Of a DNA stretch of 248,000 nucleotides, positions 81,079-94,264 are shown piece by piece. This DNA is from Wallemia ichthyophaga EXF-994 (lineage: Eukaryota; Fungi; Basidiomycota), in assembly GCF_000400465.1 (NCBI RefSeq), contig NW_008806281.1, positions 20,001 through 268,000 of the forward strand, read 5' to 3'. Made by a program: the position numbers and the translations under genes. Each line of letters opens with the position of its first letter. Position 1 is the stretch's first letter. The notes beneath the pieces are model-generated. The model saw only the letters and a program-made list of their open reading frames with translations. It ran no database searches and was not told where the DNA came from.

Positions 81079-82521
81079 ATGGGTATTAAAGCACTTGCCA
81101 ACGTAATTTCAGAAGAGTCACCAAAAGCAATAAAGCACACAGATATTAAATCATTATTTGGCAGGAAGGTTGCAATCGATGCTTCCATGTCCATCTACCA
81201 ATTCCTGATAGCAGTTAGGCAGAGAGACGGCGAGCAATTAATGAGCGACACAGGCGAAACTACATCTCATTTAATGGGATTTTTCTACCGTACACTGAGA
81301 ATGGTCGATAATGGTTTAAAACCGTGTTATGTCTTCGATGGTAAACCTCCTGATCTCAAATCGAACGTCTTAAAGTCTCGCTTCGAGAAGAGAGAAGACG
81401 CGACTGAACAAGGTGAAGAAGCTAAAGAGACTGGTGACGCAGAGACTATGGATAGATTATCTAGACGCACTGTAAGAGTAACAAAGGAGCATAACGCTGA
81501 ATGTAGAAAACTGCTCAAACTCATGGGCATTCCTGTGATTGAAGCTCCTTCTGAAGCTGAAGCTCAGTGTGCTGAACTCGTTAGAGGTGGTAAGGTTTGG
81601 GCTGCAGGTAGTGAGGATATGGATACTCTCACTTTCGGCGCACCCATCTTACTCAGACATTTGACTTTCTCTGAGCAAAAGAAAGAACCAATCAGTCACT
81701 ACTATTTCGAAGAAGCCCTCAGTGGATTAGCCATGGAGCGTGAACAATTTACCGACCTCTGTATCTTGTTGGGATGTGATTATCTAGACCCTGTCAAGGG
81801 TGTTGGTCCTTCAACAGCACTCAAGTTAATTAGAGAGCATGGCAGTCTAGATGAGATTGTGCCAATCTGCAGAGCCAATCAAGAGAAGAGGGCTAAGGAA
81901 ATGGAAAAGATCAAAGAGGATGAAGATGAGAAAGAAGAGGAAGAAGAGAAGCTCGAAAGAGAGGAATCGGGTAGTGAGAATGAAGAGTCCACACCAAAGA
82001 AGAAGACCAAGAAGAGAGGTAAACAGCCTAAAACCAAGTCAGGTCCAGTCATACCAGAGTATTGGCCATACGAAAAGGCTCGCGAGCTCTTTTTGAACCC
82101 TAATGTACACAAAGCTGACGAAGTTGAGGTGCGTGTGTATCTTGAACTTAAACTGGCTCTAACGTTTGATCAGCTCAATTGGGAGAGTCCAGATATAGAT
82201 GGACTGATACAATTCTTGTGTCACGAGAAGGGTTTTGCGTGAGTGCAGTTGTAAACCAAACGATATTGAGCTGACATCCCGTTTAGTGAGGACAGAGTCA
82301 GAAAAGGTGCTGACAGATTGAACAAGATGTTAAATACCAAACAACAAGGACGTCTTGACGGATTTTTCTCAGTGATTCCTAAGGTAAGACATCTTGAGTC
82401 TGTGATTCATCACTAACGCCTATTCACAGGCAAACGACGACAAAATGACAGATAAGAAAGGTGGAGGTAAACGCAAGGCAGAAGATGCCAAAGGCAAGGG
82501 CGGCAAAAAATCAAAGAAGTA
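81079..82521 (+). CDS. RAD27: flap endonuclease 1
   Basis: [35 protein letters not shown]. Confidence 0.97.
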
Positions 82522-82565
82522 AACATGTAACTAGTGTAATATTTTGCTTTATTTATTCTTGGTAT

Positions 82566-83630
82566 TTATGGGATGTCAATTCTTCTGCCCTCCTTGGAGG
82601 ATTGATGGGCTAACTCAATCAGTCTGATGGTAAGAGCAGCAGAGTAAGGATCGACAGCAAGCTTCTCAGTTTTGTTGATTGCATTGGCGACATTTCTGTA
82701 GAAATCGATCCAGACACCTTTTACAGTCTCTACAGTTTCAGTCTTGCCATCTGAGTTGGTAAACGTTCCATGGGCATTCTTATCATCAACGCCAAAGTTG
82801 GCATCAAGTGCATTCAGCCCAGCCTTGATTTGTGATTCTTGAACATCAAATCCATACTTGATGAATGAGCCATTTTCACCACTGATCTTAAACCTCAACT
82901 GATCATTGAAGCACGCCAAAACAGAAGCACCGAGTGTGACAATCAGTGGAATCTTGTTTTGGTAATGAAGGTGAACAGTGAAGCTATCATCGACAGATAA
83001 ATCACCTTTCTGGCGACTATTTTGTACGATAGCGCTGATTTGATGAGGTTTACCAAACAGCTTCACAGACTGGTCGATTAAGTGACTACCCAAATCATAC
83101 AGAACACCGGAGCCTGGTACGTTTTCCTCACGCCAACCACCCTTATTTTGTGGACGGTATCTATCGAAACGCGACTCAACTGAGCTAATGTCACCAAGCT
83201 TACCATCCTTGATGAGCTTGCTAGCGGTAAGGAAATCACTGTCGTATCTTCTGTTCTGAAATACACTCAAGATTAAACCTTTTTCAACGGCCAAATCAGC
83301 CAATTCCAATGCTTGCTCTGATGAAGGTGTCAAAGGTTTCTCAACAACCACATTCTTGCCTGCTTTGAGTGCTTCCTTGGTAAGGTTGTAATGGGAAGTG
83401 TTTGAAGTGGTAATAACAATGAGGCTGACGTTAGTGTCTTTGAGGATATCGTTATAATCGTTTATGACGGTAAAAGGCTCTAAGTGCTGCCACTTGCTTC
83501 TCGCAACGCTGTTTTCTTTCGTAGCTCTACGCTCGAGTACATGTGTCAACTTGAAGTCGTCGACTGCGTCTATGAAGGGAATGTGCAAGTCAGATGAATT
83601 TCCAACACCAATTATTGCCACGTTTATCAT
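82566..83630 (-). CDS. Gfo/Idh/MocA NAD(P)-dependent oxidoreductase
   Basis: VAIIGVG, VVEKPL, FQNRRYDSDF, YDLGSHLID. Confidence 0.9.
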   Translation of the reverse strand: MINVAIIGVGNSSDLHIPFIDAVDDFKLTHVLERRATKENSVARSKWQHLEPFTVINDYNDILKDTNVSLIVITTSNTSHYNLTKEALKAGKNVVVEKPLTPSSEQALELADLAVEKGLILSVFQNRRYDSDFLTASKLIKDGKLGDISSVESRFDRYRPQNKGGWREENVPGSGVLYDLGSHLIDQSVKLFGKPHQISAIVQNSRQKGDLSVDDSFTVHLHYQNKIPLIVTLGASVLACFNDQLRFKISGENGSFIKYGFDVQESQIKAGLNALDANFGVDDKNAHGTFTNSDGKTETVETVKGVWIDFYRNVANAINKTEKLAVDPYSAALTIRLIELAHQSSKEGRRIDIP

Positions 83631-83749
83631 TTTACTTGGTTGTTCGGATACAAAGGCTAAATTGACTGAGTAAAGACTTGTGAGATCACATCATGAGAAC
83701 AGAAAATGATACCATATCGGTAATTGAAACTTGTACATTGTTGAGATAT

Positions 83750-84991
83750 CTAGCTATTTAGCTTGCCCAATTCAGATCCTAGCTTGTAATTGACAACCTT
83801 GTCCCAATCGATCTTCTCCCTAGTGATTGGTAATGCTCTGCGAAGACTTTTGAACAGCTTCTCACTCAATTTATCTTGATAAAGCACATTCAGATGTGCT
83901 TGGTATTGCCTATCAGATTCAATGATTGCCTTGACTAGCTTCTTGGCTTCTTCGGGCGTTGTTGGTGGTCCTTGAAGTGGTGATTTAATTTTTGGCGCGT
84001 GAGATGCTTGTAATTGTACATTTCCGTTTCTGTGGGAATTGTGAGAGTGTGATTAGATCTTTTGTACCACTCACTCAAAGTAATGGATCGAAATGTCGAT
84101 ATTTCCGACTATCTCGTCGCTTGTCAGGTCATACACCCACCTGGCTCTCCATCTGCCAGACCAATAATTTGATTGGTTGAACTTGTTACCAGTGTAGTAT
84201 AAATTGATTTCTGAGATATCCTCTGATTTGGTTTCCTGGGTATTTTGAGCAGCAGGTTCATCAACTGGATTAGGTTGTGCTTCTTCCAATTTGTCTTGAG
84301 ATTCCTTGGGTGATGACTCTTCTTGCTGCTCTGTCTTGCCTGCATCCTGTTGCTCCTCGCTATTTTCCTCATTTTCGGAATCACCCTCTTCTGGCAGCTT
84401 CTCTCCACTCTCGTTTACAGCTTCGTCTGTCTGCTCGACTTGATTCTGCTCTTTTTCCAGTTCCTGCTCTTGTTCCTGTTCCATGTTATCGAGACATTTG
84501 ACGGTAGTATAAACAGCAGCTGTTCCGTTAGAGTAGAACTCTTCAACGTATTCATCTAAAGCGTGTTCGAGGAGGCTGCGAATGTGATTCTGATAGTTAA
84601 GCTGATCGACTGTCTCAACATTCTCGGCCTTAAGATCAAGCTGGTTGAGTTTGTAGACTTTGGATGACTTTGGATCGTAGTATTTATCATGATTTATATG
84701 CGATTGTGGTGTTATCAACGTCTTTGTCGGTGTTAAGGGGATGAACGCGTGCTGAAAGATACGGGACTTACTCTAACGCCATCTAAATCGATAGTATTCA
84801 GTTGCTGCTCGTTAAACTCCTTTAAACAGCCATTCAAATCGTCTTGATCGATCTCTGTCAATACCTTCAAGTCTGCGCGGAAATTAGCATGTGTGATCAG
84901 CCAGGAGATGGAATTTACCTTCCAGCACCTCCTTTAGCTCATTTGGTGGTGATTGTTTTAGTATTTTGCGCACAATTTCCGCTGATGACAT
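83750..84991 (-). CDS. CAP1: F-actin capping protein alpha
   Basis: SPPNELKEV, NYWSGRWR, IHYFE, LRRALP...KIDWDK. Confidence 0.9.
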
Positions 84992-85008
84992 GGTTGATCA
85001 ATTCAACC

Positions 85009-85691
85009 ATGTGGGACTACTTCAATCAGATACCTACTGTCTCCAAATTTTGGCTGATTGGAAGTATATGCGTATCTACGCTCGTTCAAGTAAACGTTCT
85101 TAGTCCTCTTAATCTTTATTTCAGCTTTCACTCTGCATTCGTCAACAACCAGGTGAGCTGGTGTTATCTAATCATCATTCATAACGCTCACACCCAAATT
85201 AGCCCTGGAGAGCTCTTACAACGTTTTTTTACTTTGGAGATATCTCTATTGACCTCTTCCTTCACCTATTCTTCTTCATTAGGTATTCAAGAATGCTCGA
85301 GGAAGAGCAATTCTCCTCGAACAAGGCTGAATACGTTTGGAGCTTAATTGTCATGTCTACTCTGCTACTAGGAATATCCCCCCTTATCAACTTGCCTTTC
85401 TTATCAACAGCATTGTCTTCAGCTTTGGTTTACGTTTGGGCGAGAAGTCACCCAAATGCTCAAATTGGTCTCTTAGTATTCATAATTAGAGCCAGCTACC
85501 TCCCTTGGGCTATTGTTATGCTTTCGTGGGCGATTACAGGTAGAGCTTCTGCAGCTAGGACCGAGTTGGCTGGTATAGCAGTAGGTCATGTCTGGCACTT
85601 TTCAAAGTCAATCTGGCCAAAAGAACTCGCTGCGAGAGGCAAACCACTGCTACCAACTCCTAGATTCCTGACAGAGACGTTGAACAGTTAA
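85009..85691 (+). CDS. DER1: Derlin
   Basis: QIPTVSKFW, YVWARSHP, YLPW, GHVWHF. Confidence 0.9.
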
Positions 85692-85737
85692 TCTCGCATA
85701 GCATTTAATCTTTTGTATTCTAATGTAGCTCATATAT

Positions 85738-87520
85738 TTACATCTTCAACACACTAGTTGTGCTCTTGATTAAATCGATTATGCAGTAGTTGTCGATTGG
85801 TATATACTGATTCGTAATCACTTTGATGATCTCCTGACTGGCTAATCCACCTAGGAAAGCTGCTGTATTTGGTAAATCACTACCACCGCCTCTAACCAAC
85901 TCCAGAAGCGAATCAGAAATGACTTTAGATGGTTCTTTACCACATAAATCTTTCGTAACTTTCTCCAGTTCACTATTCACTCTCATTACGTCATTCTCGA
86001 AATCCTCTAATTTACAGTCTCCTGGTTGCCTTTTGTACTTTTCACTGAATGCGTCTGAGATTATAAAAGCTACGTAAATAGCGTATGCAGATTCCGTGAA
86101 TTCATCACTTATACCACTAGCTATGAGTAGCGTTAGTTTGGAAGCATCACTAAATCTGTCTTCTCACAAATTACGTCGCGTCTTGGCGAAGTGTACTCAT
86201 CTCCGATACTGCTTCCTTTGATAACTTTCAAGAAGGCGGAGTGCTTCGCGAATGCTCCAATCAAATCGTCACTGAAAATGTTGATAGAAACGCTAAATTT
86301 GTCAATAATGCCGATGAGAATGCTTTTCAGCTCTTCGACATCTTCACGTGCTTTGTTCTTGTAGATGGTTTGAAGGTGGACGTAAGTCTGAGTGTCAGTG
86401 TGCAAGTCTGGCAGAGTACCAGGATGAGGCAAGACACCATGCCTGTCACTGAACACCTTCAATGACGCTACCAAAAACCAGAACGGAGATGAGTCTTTTG
86501 AAAGGTTTTTGAGGGAATCGTCTTGATACAGTTCAGCAACTTGGTGCGGTATATCATTACTCTGGAACGCTCTGTATGCTTGCGACTGAGCCTCGTCAAA
86601 ATTTTGCTCATCTACACCTTTCCTACGATGGCTATCCATGACTTTTTTGAATTCTCTCTTCTCAGTGATATTCTTTGGGAGTGCACCGTCGTGGCTCTTT
86701 TTCCACTCATCGAGTTGTTTAATGAGCACGACAATGTATGGTATGTGAGCGTGATCGTTGTCTGAAACCTTATTTAAATCGGTCGACTGCACGAATTTTT
86801 TGAGCTGTTCAAATGGCTTGTTTAAACGCAAGTCTACGATGGCGTCTGGATGAGTGTCTATTATGGTTTGTTCGGGTAGTTGTACGCGCAAAGATGCGTA
86901 AAAACCTGAAGTTTTCATTGAGAACAAAGGAAGATGATTACTCCAAGCCAAATCGGATAACTTTAAAGTGAGATCAGTCTCAGTGTTGTGTAAAATAACG
87001 GCCGAGAAGTTTGTGAAGAAGTCTGGTTGAGTTTCCAACACATGATATGGATTCTTCACCAGCCCTTCGCCCTGTACGCTGTCGTTCATTTCTAACAACA
87101 ATCTAACTGTTTCTGTAGCGCGTGGCTTACCAACAGACTCAGGCTCCAAGAAGAAGTTGTTGCCAATATCTGCGTCTGTGACCAATTGATCGTCCATAAC
87201 GGTGAAATGACCAATGCCTTGGAATTAAGAATGAGACTGCAGATAAGAAAGGCAAGGAGCTAAAACACACCTGGTAAGACTAGGTTCTTCAAAGTTGCGC
87301 TTGATGTGGCTGAACCGTTTATGACTAAAACTCGAGCGTTTTCCAACGCAGATTGGCCAGCGGCTGCCCACAACCTTGATATTCTGTTGATCAGAGCCTA
87401 ATGAAATGATATTACCCACCTCAACTGTCTATCGTAACGTCTAGTTTTACTGAATCGTGTTTAAATTGAGTGTGTGTGGGGATATGGATATGCTTACTGA
87501 TCAGGTCTCTGGCTGTGTGG
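85738..87520 (-). CDS. ULA1: NEDD8-activating enzyme regulatory subunit
   Basis: RYDRQLR, IGNNFFL, HAHIPY, EVIKVITNQY.P. Confidence 0.9.
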
Positions 87521-87720
87521 ATTTTGAGTGCGATAAACGATAATAAGCGTCAACTAACTCTGTAACTTTGAATTCTGCTGAAGTTATTTGTTCTAAGTCC
87601 ATCGCAAGTCGCAGTTGTTAAGCAAGAGGAGATGAAATATTAATATAATTTTTGCTCCAGTAGACCCAATTAGATTTAACATTCTTTCTTCATTATCAAC
87701 CTCTATGATCTAATCTCATT

Positions 87721-89835
87721 ATGTCCAGATTAGCTCCTCGATTGCCAATCCCTCCTTTAGAATCAAGCTTAGAAAAATATTTAAAATCTTTGGAACCTTT
87801 TATAGACGACGATAACCACGTCAGGTCTCATCTCCGCGCTATCGCTGACGATTTCAGAGATGGCCTTGGGAAGAAGTTACAGACGAGGCTTAAAGGTGAG
87901 AATTTCCAGCACACAAAATGTCATCTTATATTCCTCAAGACGTTGACAGAGTTTCCCCTACAAATTGGCTCGATGATCGTTGGTGGATTAAACTGGCCTA
88001 TCACACCAATAGGGCTCCCTTGCTCATAAACTCAAATTGGTGGCTCTTATACAAAGATGATCCATCCACCCCCAACGACCTCAAAATGACTAAAGATAGC
88101 CGTGGTTTCACAAATTGGCAGATTCTTAGAGCTGCGTGGCTGACGAGAGGATTGTTGCACATAAAACAGCTCCTCGACAAAGGCGAACAGCTCCCAGACT
88201 TATCTAAAGCTGGTCAGTGTCTTACTCTTCACTGTCTTTGTCTGACCAAGTCATTACAGCTCGATGGTTCGGTCCTCGTGCTAACAAGCTGTTTGGTATG
88301 ACACGCTTACCTCAGTACGACTGTGATCACTTGACACACGTACCCTTGCCCAATCTCACAAAGCACATTGTCGTGTTTGCTAAGAGTCAGGCGTTTAAGG
88401 TGGACGTAATAGATGCAGAAGGTGGTATATTTGGTTGGGATACCATTGCCAAGTCTTTCAGTGGTATTACAGAGAGTCTCAGCAACGATCTCGACTCACC
88501 TGTAGGTGTCATGACGGCGGTTGATAGGGATACATGGACTAGAGTGGGTGATATCGATCATGTCTCATAAATACCCGCTAAACCTTTAACAGAATCGTGA
88601 ACATCTCAAGATAATATCGCAAAAAAATGAGCTTACTTTGTCTGCTATCGAATCAGCACTGTTTACGGTCTGTTTAGACGATTACACTCTCCCTCCTCGC
88701 AGTAAGGAGCAGGACGTGTTAGATGGCCATATGATTAATATAGCTGGTGGAATAAACGGCAAAAATAGATGGTTTGACAAGTCAATGAGTCTTATTGTCG
88801 AAAATAATGGCAGAGCAGGTATGAACGGTGAACACTCATTCGTTGAAGCCCTGGTGCCATCGATAGTAGCTGATTATACGCTTTATGAAGATATGCCAGT
88901 GAATGCTTCAATTGCTTCTCAGCAACAATCTTGTCGCTCTGAAAGGCTTCGGTGGGTTTTAGATGATCACATTATCAGTGAAATCAAGAGTGCAAATTCA
89001 GTAGCTGAGCGTATACTGAATGATTCAGAGCCTTCAGAGTTACTTTTCAGCGAATTCGGTGTGGATTGGATGAAGGAAGTTGGTGAGGTTTCACTTGCTG
89101 TATTGGCATCTTCTCACGAAATCGAAAGCCGGTCTCGCGCCAGATGCGTTCATACAAATGGCGCTGCAATTAGCATGGTTCAAGAACCAAGGATACTTTA
89201 CAGCGACGTATGAGACTGCGTCCACTAGAATTTTCGATAATGGCAGGACAGATACGCTTCGAACTCTAACAAGCGAGTCGAAGCGCTTCGTAAAGACAAT
89301 GATGTCGAAAGATGTCAATGTGAGTAAATAATTGATCATCATCATTTTTCTCACTTAAACTTTATAGGATTCTGCCAAGTACGACAGCTTACTGCAAGCT
89401 ACAAAAACACATGCTAAGAATATGCGGGATGCAACCACCGGCAAGGCTTTTGATAGACACCTGCTGGGATTGAGGATGTTGCTGCGGCCTGGAGAAAGCC
89501 ATGAGTTGTTCGACAACAAGTATAATGCGATGAGCTCGGAATGGAAACTTAGCACAAGTGGACTAAGCGCTGGACCTCGTTTTAATGGAACTGGGTGCGT
89601 TTTTGTTAAGACTTTAACGTAACACTCATAGCGCTGCAGCTTTGGTACTGTCTATCCAGATGGATATGGTATTAATTACATGGCGGGGCCCTCCGAACTT
89701 AAATTTGGTATAGAAAGCAAATTACACTGCTCAGCGACGTCAACGTACGGATTCAAGCGTGATTTGCTTTCGTCTCTCCAAGAAATGCGACACGTTTGTG
89801 AAACACAGCAAAAAACCCTGAAAGCTAGATTATAG
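87721..89835 (+). CDS. carnitine acyltransferase (YAT1/CPT2-like), PTS1 ARL
   Basis: LPIPPLE, NWLDDRWW, RWFDKS, GEHS, TYETASTR, GYGINY. Confidence 0.9.
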
Positions 89836-90687
89836 AGTCTCTTATAAAGTATAGTGACCTACTTAAATACTGCTAATTTTTGTAAACTAGTATTCAACAT
89901 TGAATTTTTCGTATGAAGGATATCAAGACATGTTAGTGATATAAAAATAGAAGAGATGAAGACCCCATTTCATAAGTAAGACTTATCTGCCTTATTTAGT
90001 GGTAAATTTAGATAGTTAATTCAATATTAATTCATCTTCAGATGTGCTTCTTCAGGTCTTTGTAACCTTCCACTGCGGGAGTATTCGATACACAGGTCGG
90101 AAAGTTTGAGGTTCGAGAATATTAATGCGTTCTTTTCTAAAAAGAGCATAAAATCATTTATAAAAGAGAAGTTGAATCTAAGTCGCAGAATCTTACTGTT
90201 TCCTCTCGACATTCTCGAAATTGACCATCTGTAAAGAGTTTCTTCGGTGGGCTCTTCAAATTTTGGATACTCTGAATTGGGAATCATGCGATGAAAAAAT
90301 CAGCGGTTTTGGGGCTTTACAACGCAAAGTGCCAGTGATTGTTGACGAAATAAGGCTGCCTTAGTGGCATACCAGTTAAGTGCGCGGAATTGTGAAGACT
90401 TGTATCAACAATTTCATGGGTTATTTCAGCCGCCAATGTCGCTATTTTTATGAAGGCACAGTGATCAAAGTCATGAATGGTATGAGGCACAAACAGGTGA
90501 TACTTTATTTTATCGGAATGTACCGGGAAAAGGAAAAGTAGAACAATTAAGTTATCCAAGTAGACAGAAAGCGTCTGCATCACTGCTTCAAAGCCTCCAT
90601 CATGGCTACTAGATAGACAAAGAGAATTAAAAAACCTCGAAACGCACGCGAATGATGAAATGATAATGTAATCCACTAATACACCAA

Positions 90688-91548
90688 TTACTCTTCTTCC
90701 TCGCCGACCCTGTACGCAACAAGAGCTTCCACCTTGTGCACCGAGGTATCGAAAGAACGCAACCTGACTTGCTCCGTTTTATCTGATTGGATGAGATGTG
90801 GGTCTGCATCCACCCAGGAATCAGAAACTTGCATAGTCTTTGCTTCTTCGGTATCGGATGTATAGATGAGAATATTGAACGCACAAGGCTCATCGATCAT
90901 AGGAAGGAAAGTGACTGATGCTGTTATTTGACGAATGATGGCTTGTATTTCGCTGTGGATTTCTTTTTCTGTCTTTGGTTTGTTTTGTTTTTCGCTGTTT
91001 TGGCTGCTTTCACTATTTCTTTTGTCAGGAATAATATAATTCGCGCTTAAAAGCACCACTCACTCTGAGGCTGTGTTCTGTATGTCAAATTGCCATCTCT
91101 CTAACGTTTCCCTCGATTCCTTGCTCACAATCGCCAAAACTAATTTGCTTACTTGATTACCTAGGAGCCATTCACTCAATTGAGAAATAACTTTGCTGAT
91201 GTAAGTTTTCAATCCGTCATCGTTTGTTACTAGCATGTTTAATCCATACTTCTTCACCATCGAGAAGTCTTCTGGCTAGCAGTTGAGTTAGAATGGGCAG
91301 TGAGCGTACAATAGCCACACTAACAGGGTATACAGCTCTTTGGAATAATATACTTTCGCGTTTTGTTAGAATTTGACGCGTTAAATTGGTATACTATCTG
91401 CGCACCTGTTCACAGCATACTAAAAGCCCATTCAGCTAAATCCTATTTAACAGACTAGGAAACTTACACTGAAGAATTCTGTAACAATTTTAGTTGATCC
91501 CTTCAAATTTATCGTCGAACGCGTTGGTGCTGCTTGAGCTGTAGCCAT
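90688..91548 (-). CDS. MAD2: spindle checkpoint HORMA protein
   Basis: VKKYGLNMLVT, LERWQFDI, IRQITASVTFLP. Confidence 0.95.
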
Positions 91549-91634
91549 GGTGAGTGGTGGTGATAAAGAGAACAACGCGTCTAAGGAAAGCGATAGCACG
91601 GAATCAAAAGACAGCAAGCTGCTAAAGATTCAGA

Positions 91635-92670
91635 TGACAATATAAGCAAGAGTATAGCCCACTATAGATGTGTAGAGGCTGGCGTTATGGACTTGGTGGG
91701 TAGGCGCATTTGCATAGCGCACGGCACATAGCAAACAGCAAACACTCACATAGAAGACTAGAGGAACCACGCAGTCAAGACAGCAGAGAGTTTAGATGCT
91801 GTGACGGAGTTGCTCAAAATCAATCCTGAATACTACACGATGTGGAATTATCGTCGTATTATATTATTAAACCTATTCACGGAAATCGGTGTGGATGCAA
91901 CGCAGGAGAAGCTTTCATTTGAGCTTATGTTTACTCTTGGTCTGCTGAAGGAGTTCCCGAAAGTCTACTGGATCTGGAATCACCGGACGTGGGCATTGGA
92001 GACGTTGTCGGCTACTTTCACAGACGAGCAAGCCGATGGGAGATTGTGGGAGTGGAATAATGAATTGAAGATGGTTGACAGTCTGCTGAAATTAGATTCA
92101 CGCAACTTCCATGCCTGGGGATACAGAAGACAGCTGCTCACTCTCATGAATTTCAAGGAAGATAGAAATACAGTCAGCACATTCCCACACGTACTCAGTC
92201 GAGATCAGCTCCTCAAAGAGAAACAGTCGACACTTCACTTCATCGAAAACAACTTCAGTAATTTCTCGGCATGGCATCAAAGAACGAAGATTTTGAGCCA
92301 ATTATGGGCGTTAGATGGAGGCGTTAGTATAGACGATCTCAATGAAGAGTTTGACTTAGTCAAACAGGCTATGTACACCGATCCATCGGATCAGTCGGTT
92401 TGGCTGTATCACAAGTGGTTGATACAACAGGTAGCTGATGAAAATATCGTAGATGTGCTACAAAGAGAGCTGGAGTCTATTAACGAGCTTTATGAGCTTG
92501 AGCCTGAGTCGAAGTGGTGCTTAGAATCTCTCGCTCACTACAACAAACTACTTCATCAACATACTCAAGCGAACGAGCTGCTCCGTAGATACAATGAATA
92601 CCTTACTGAACTCATCACAATTGATCCAGACAGAAAAAATAGATATCTAGACTCCCTTGTAAAGCTGTAA
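91635..92670 (+). CDS. BET4: Rab geranylgeranyltransferase alpha
   Basis: NPEYYTMWNYRR, PKVYWIWNHR, NFSAWHQR. Confidence 0.92.
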
Positions 92671-92765
92671 TAATGCAAAATTTCATACAAAAAAATCTAA
92701 TGCATCGCAAGCAATGCTAAATTTATAACAAATTGATTTATCGCTTTAACAAAACATTGCGTAAA

Positions 92766-93857
92766 ATTGTCGTCATTAATAATTATCTACTCGATAGCAC
92801 TGGTTTGATCCTTTGGTGGTTGGTAATCTGGTCTGAAGATGGAGTCAAGGAAGACACCAACACCACCTTCGTTGTTGGTGAGAGTTCTGTGTGTACAGTT
92901 TTCTCTTGGTGCCTTCATGGCGTTACCCATAGAACAAGAGAAACCTGAAGCCTTGAACATTCCAACGTCGTTCTCACCGTCACCGAACGTTATTGTGTTT
93001 TCTGGTGCAATACCGTAAACCTTGCAGAAGTGAGCCAATGCGACAGCCTTGTCAACACCTGGTGGACACAACTCAATAATGTATGGGAGTGCACGAGTCA
93101 ACTTGAATGAGTCTCTTGGGAAACGTGGCTCGTGGAGAAGGAGAGTCATGAAGTCTAAACTATGTCAATTTGACAAATAAGCTAAGTAAAACCAATACTC
93201 ACCTTCAATGACGGTTTCCTCCATTGGACAGAAAATCTTGCAGATGACGACTTCCTCCTTATCAACTTTTTCTAAGAAGTCGGTGCCTCTCTTGTCAGAA
93301 ATTGAAGGATCGAAACCCTTTGAGATTTCGAAGAAATCCTTGTCTGGCCTCTCTTCCAAAGAGACACAGTGGACCTTGTCGTGCTCGTAAAGCATACAGG
93401 TCTTGTTGTGCTTCATCATCATGTCAACAACAGACAAGACGGTGTTTTTGTTGATCTTTTGTTGAGATTGGACGGTGCCGTCTGGGTTGTAAATAATAGC
93501 ACCGTGACAGGCACCAACTGGCATATCGAGGAGGTCACATTCGATACGCATATCATTGATAGATACCAATTGTTTACCAGTAACTGGCAAAATTGGAATT
93601 TCAGGCTTGTTGGCTCTCAACCACTTGAAACAGTCAATAACTCTTGGGTGAACACCGTGGTCATCGTCGAAGAGAGTACCATCAACGTCGGAGATGATCA
93701 TTTTGATCTTGTCTGCAGGGATATTTGGGCCTTCTGGCTTCGATGGTCTTTGCTGGACCGAAGGCTTAGCGAGGGCCTTGATAGAGGAGCGACGACGCTC
93801 AGATTGCTTTGGATCCCAACCTGAGCTGGAGCGACGTTGGTTTTGGCTGCTAATCAT
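92766..93857 (-). CDS. Cof-type HAD hydrolase
   Basis: DVDGTL, VTGK, GVDKAVAL, FGDGENDVGM. Confidence 0.9.
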
Positions 93858-94264
93858 TTTTGTATTTAGCTGTTTTTAGTTAAGAATCAACCAGCGAACG
93901 AAGTACGCTTAAAATGTCCAAACGTGGAGTGCCTGTTTAGATGACGTTGTGATAATACGTCAAATGAATCAATTAATATCTGTATGAATATATTCTAGTT
94001 ATGTGCTCTTCTGCCCGCTATTTATCTCGATTAAATTGTTTCGCGTAATCTTCTTTGGTAAAAATTTTGCAATCGATTGAAATCTAATCGGTTAGGGACA
94101 AAAAAGTTTATTAGGGTGACTTTGTAAGCACATGAATATCTCAGCGTTTCGAGGAAATTCTCATTCACTCCACTCACATCGCCGTAATAATCCGGATTAC
94201 ATTACATTTCATTGGATAATATGAGGAGGATAATATGAGGATAGTATGATTCTAAATAGATATT

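Noticed and set aside
82566-83630. Intronless Gfo/Idh/MocA gene as a bacterial horizontal transfer
   Set aside because: The family is widespread in fungi and composition matches neighbours; no phylogeny available
84230-84500. Acidic insertion in capping protein alpha
   Set aside because: Low-complexity loop insertions are common; no further support
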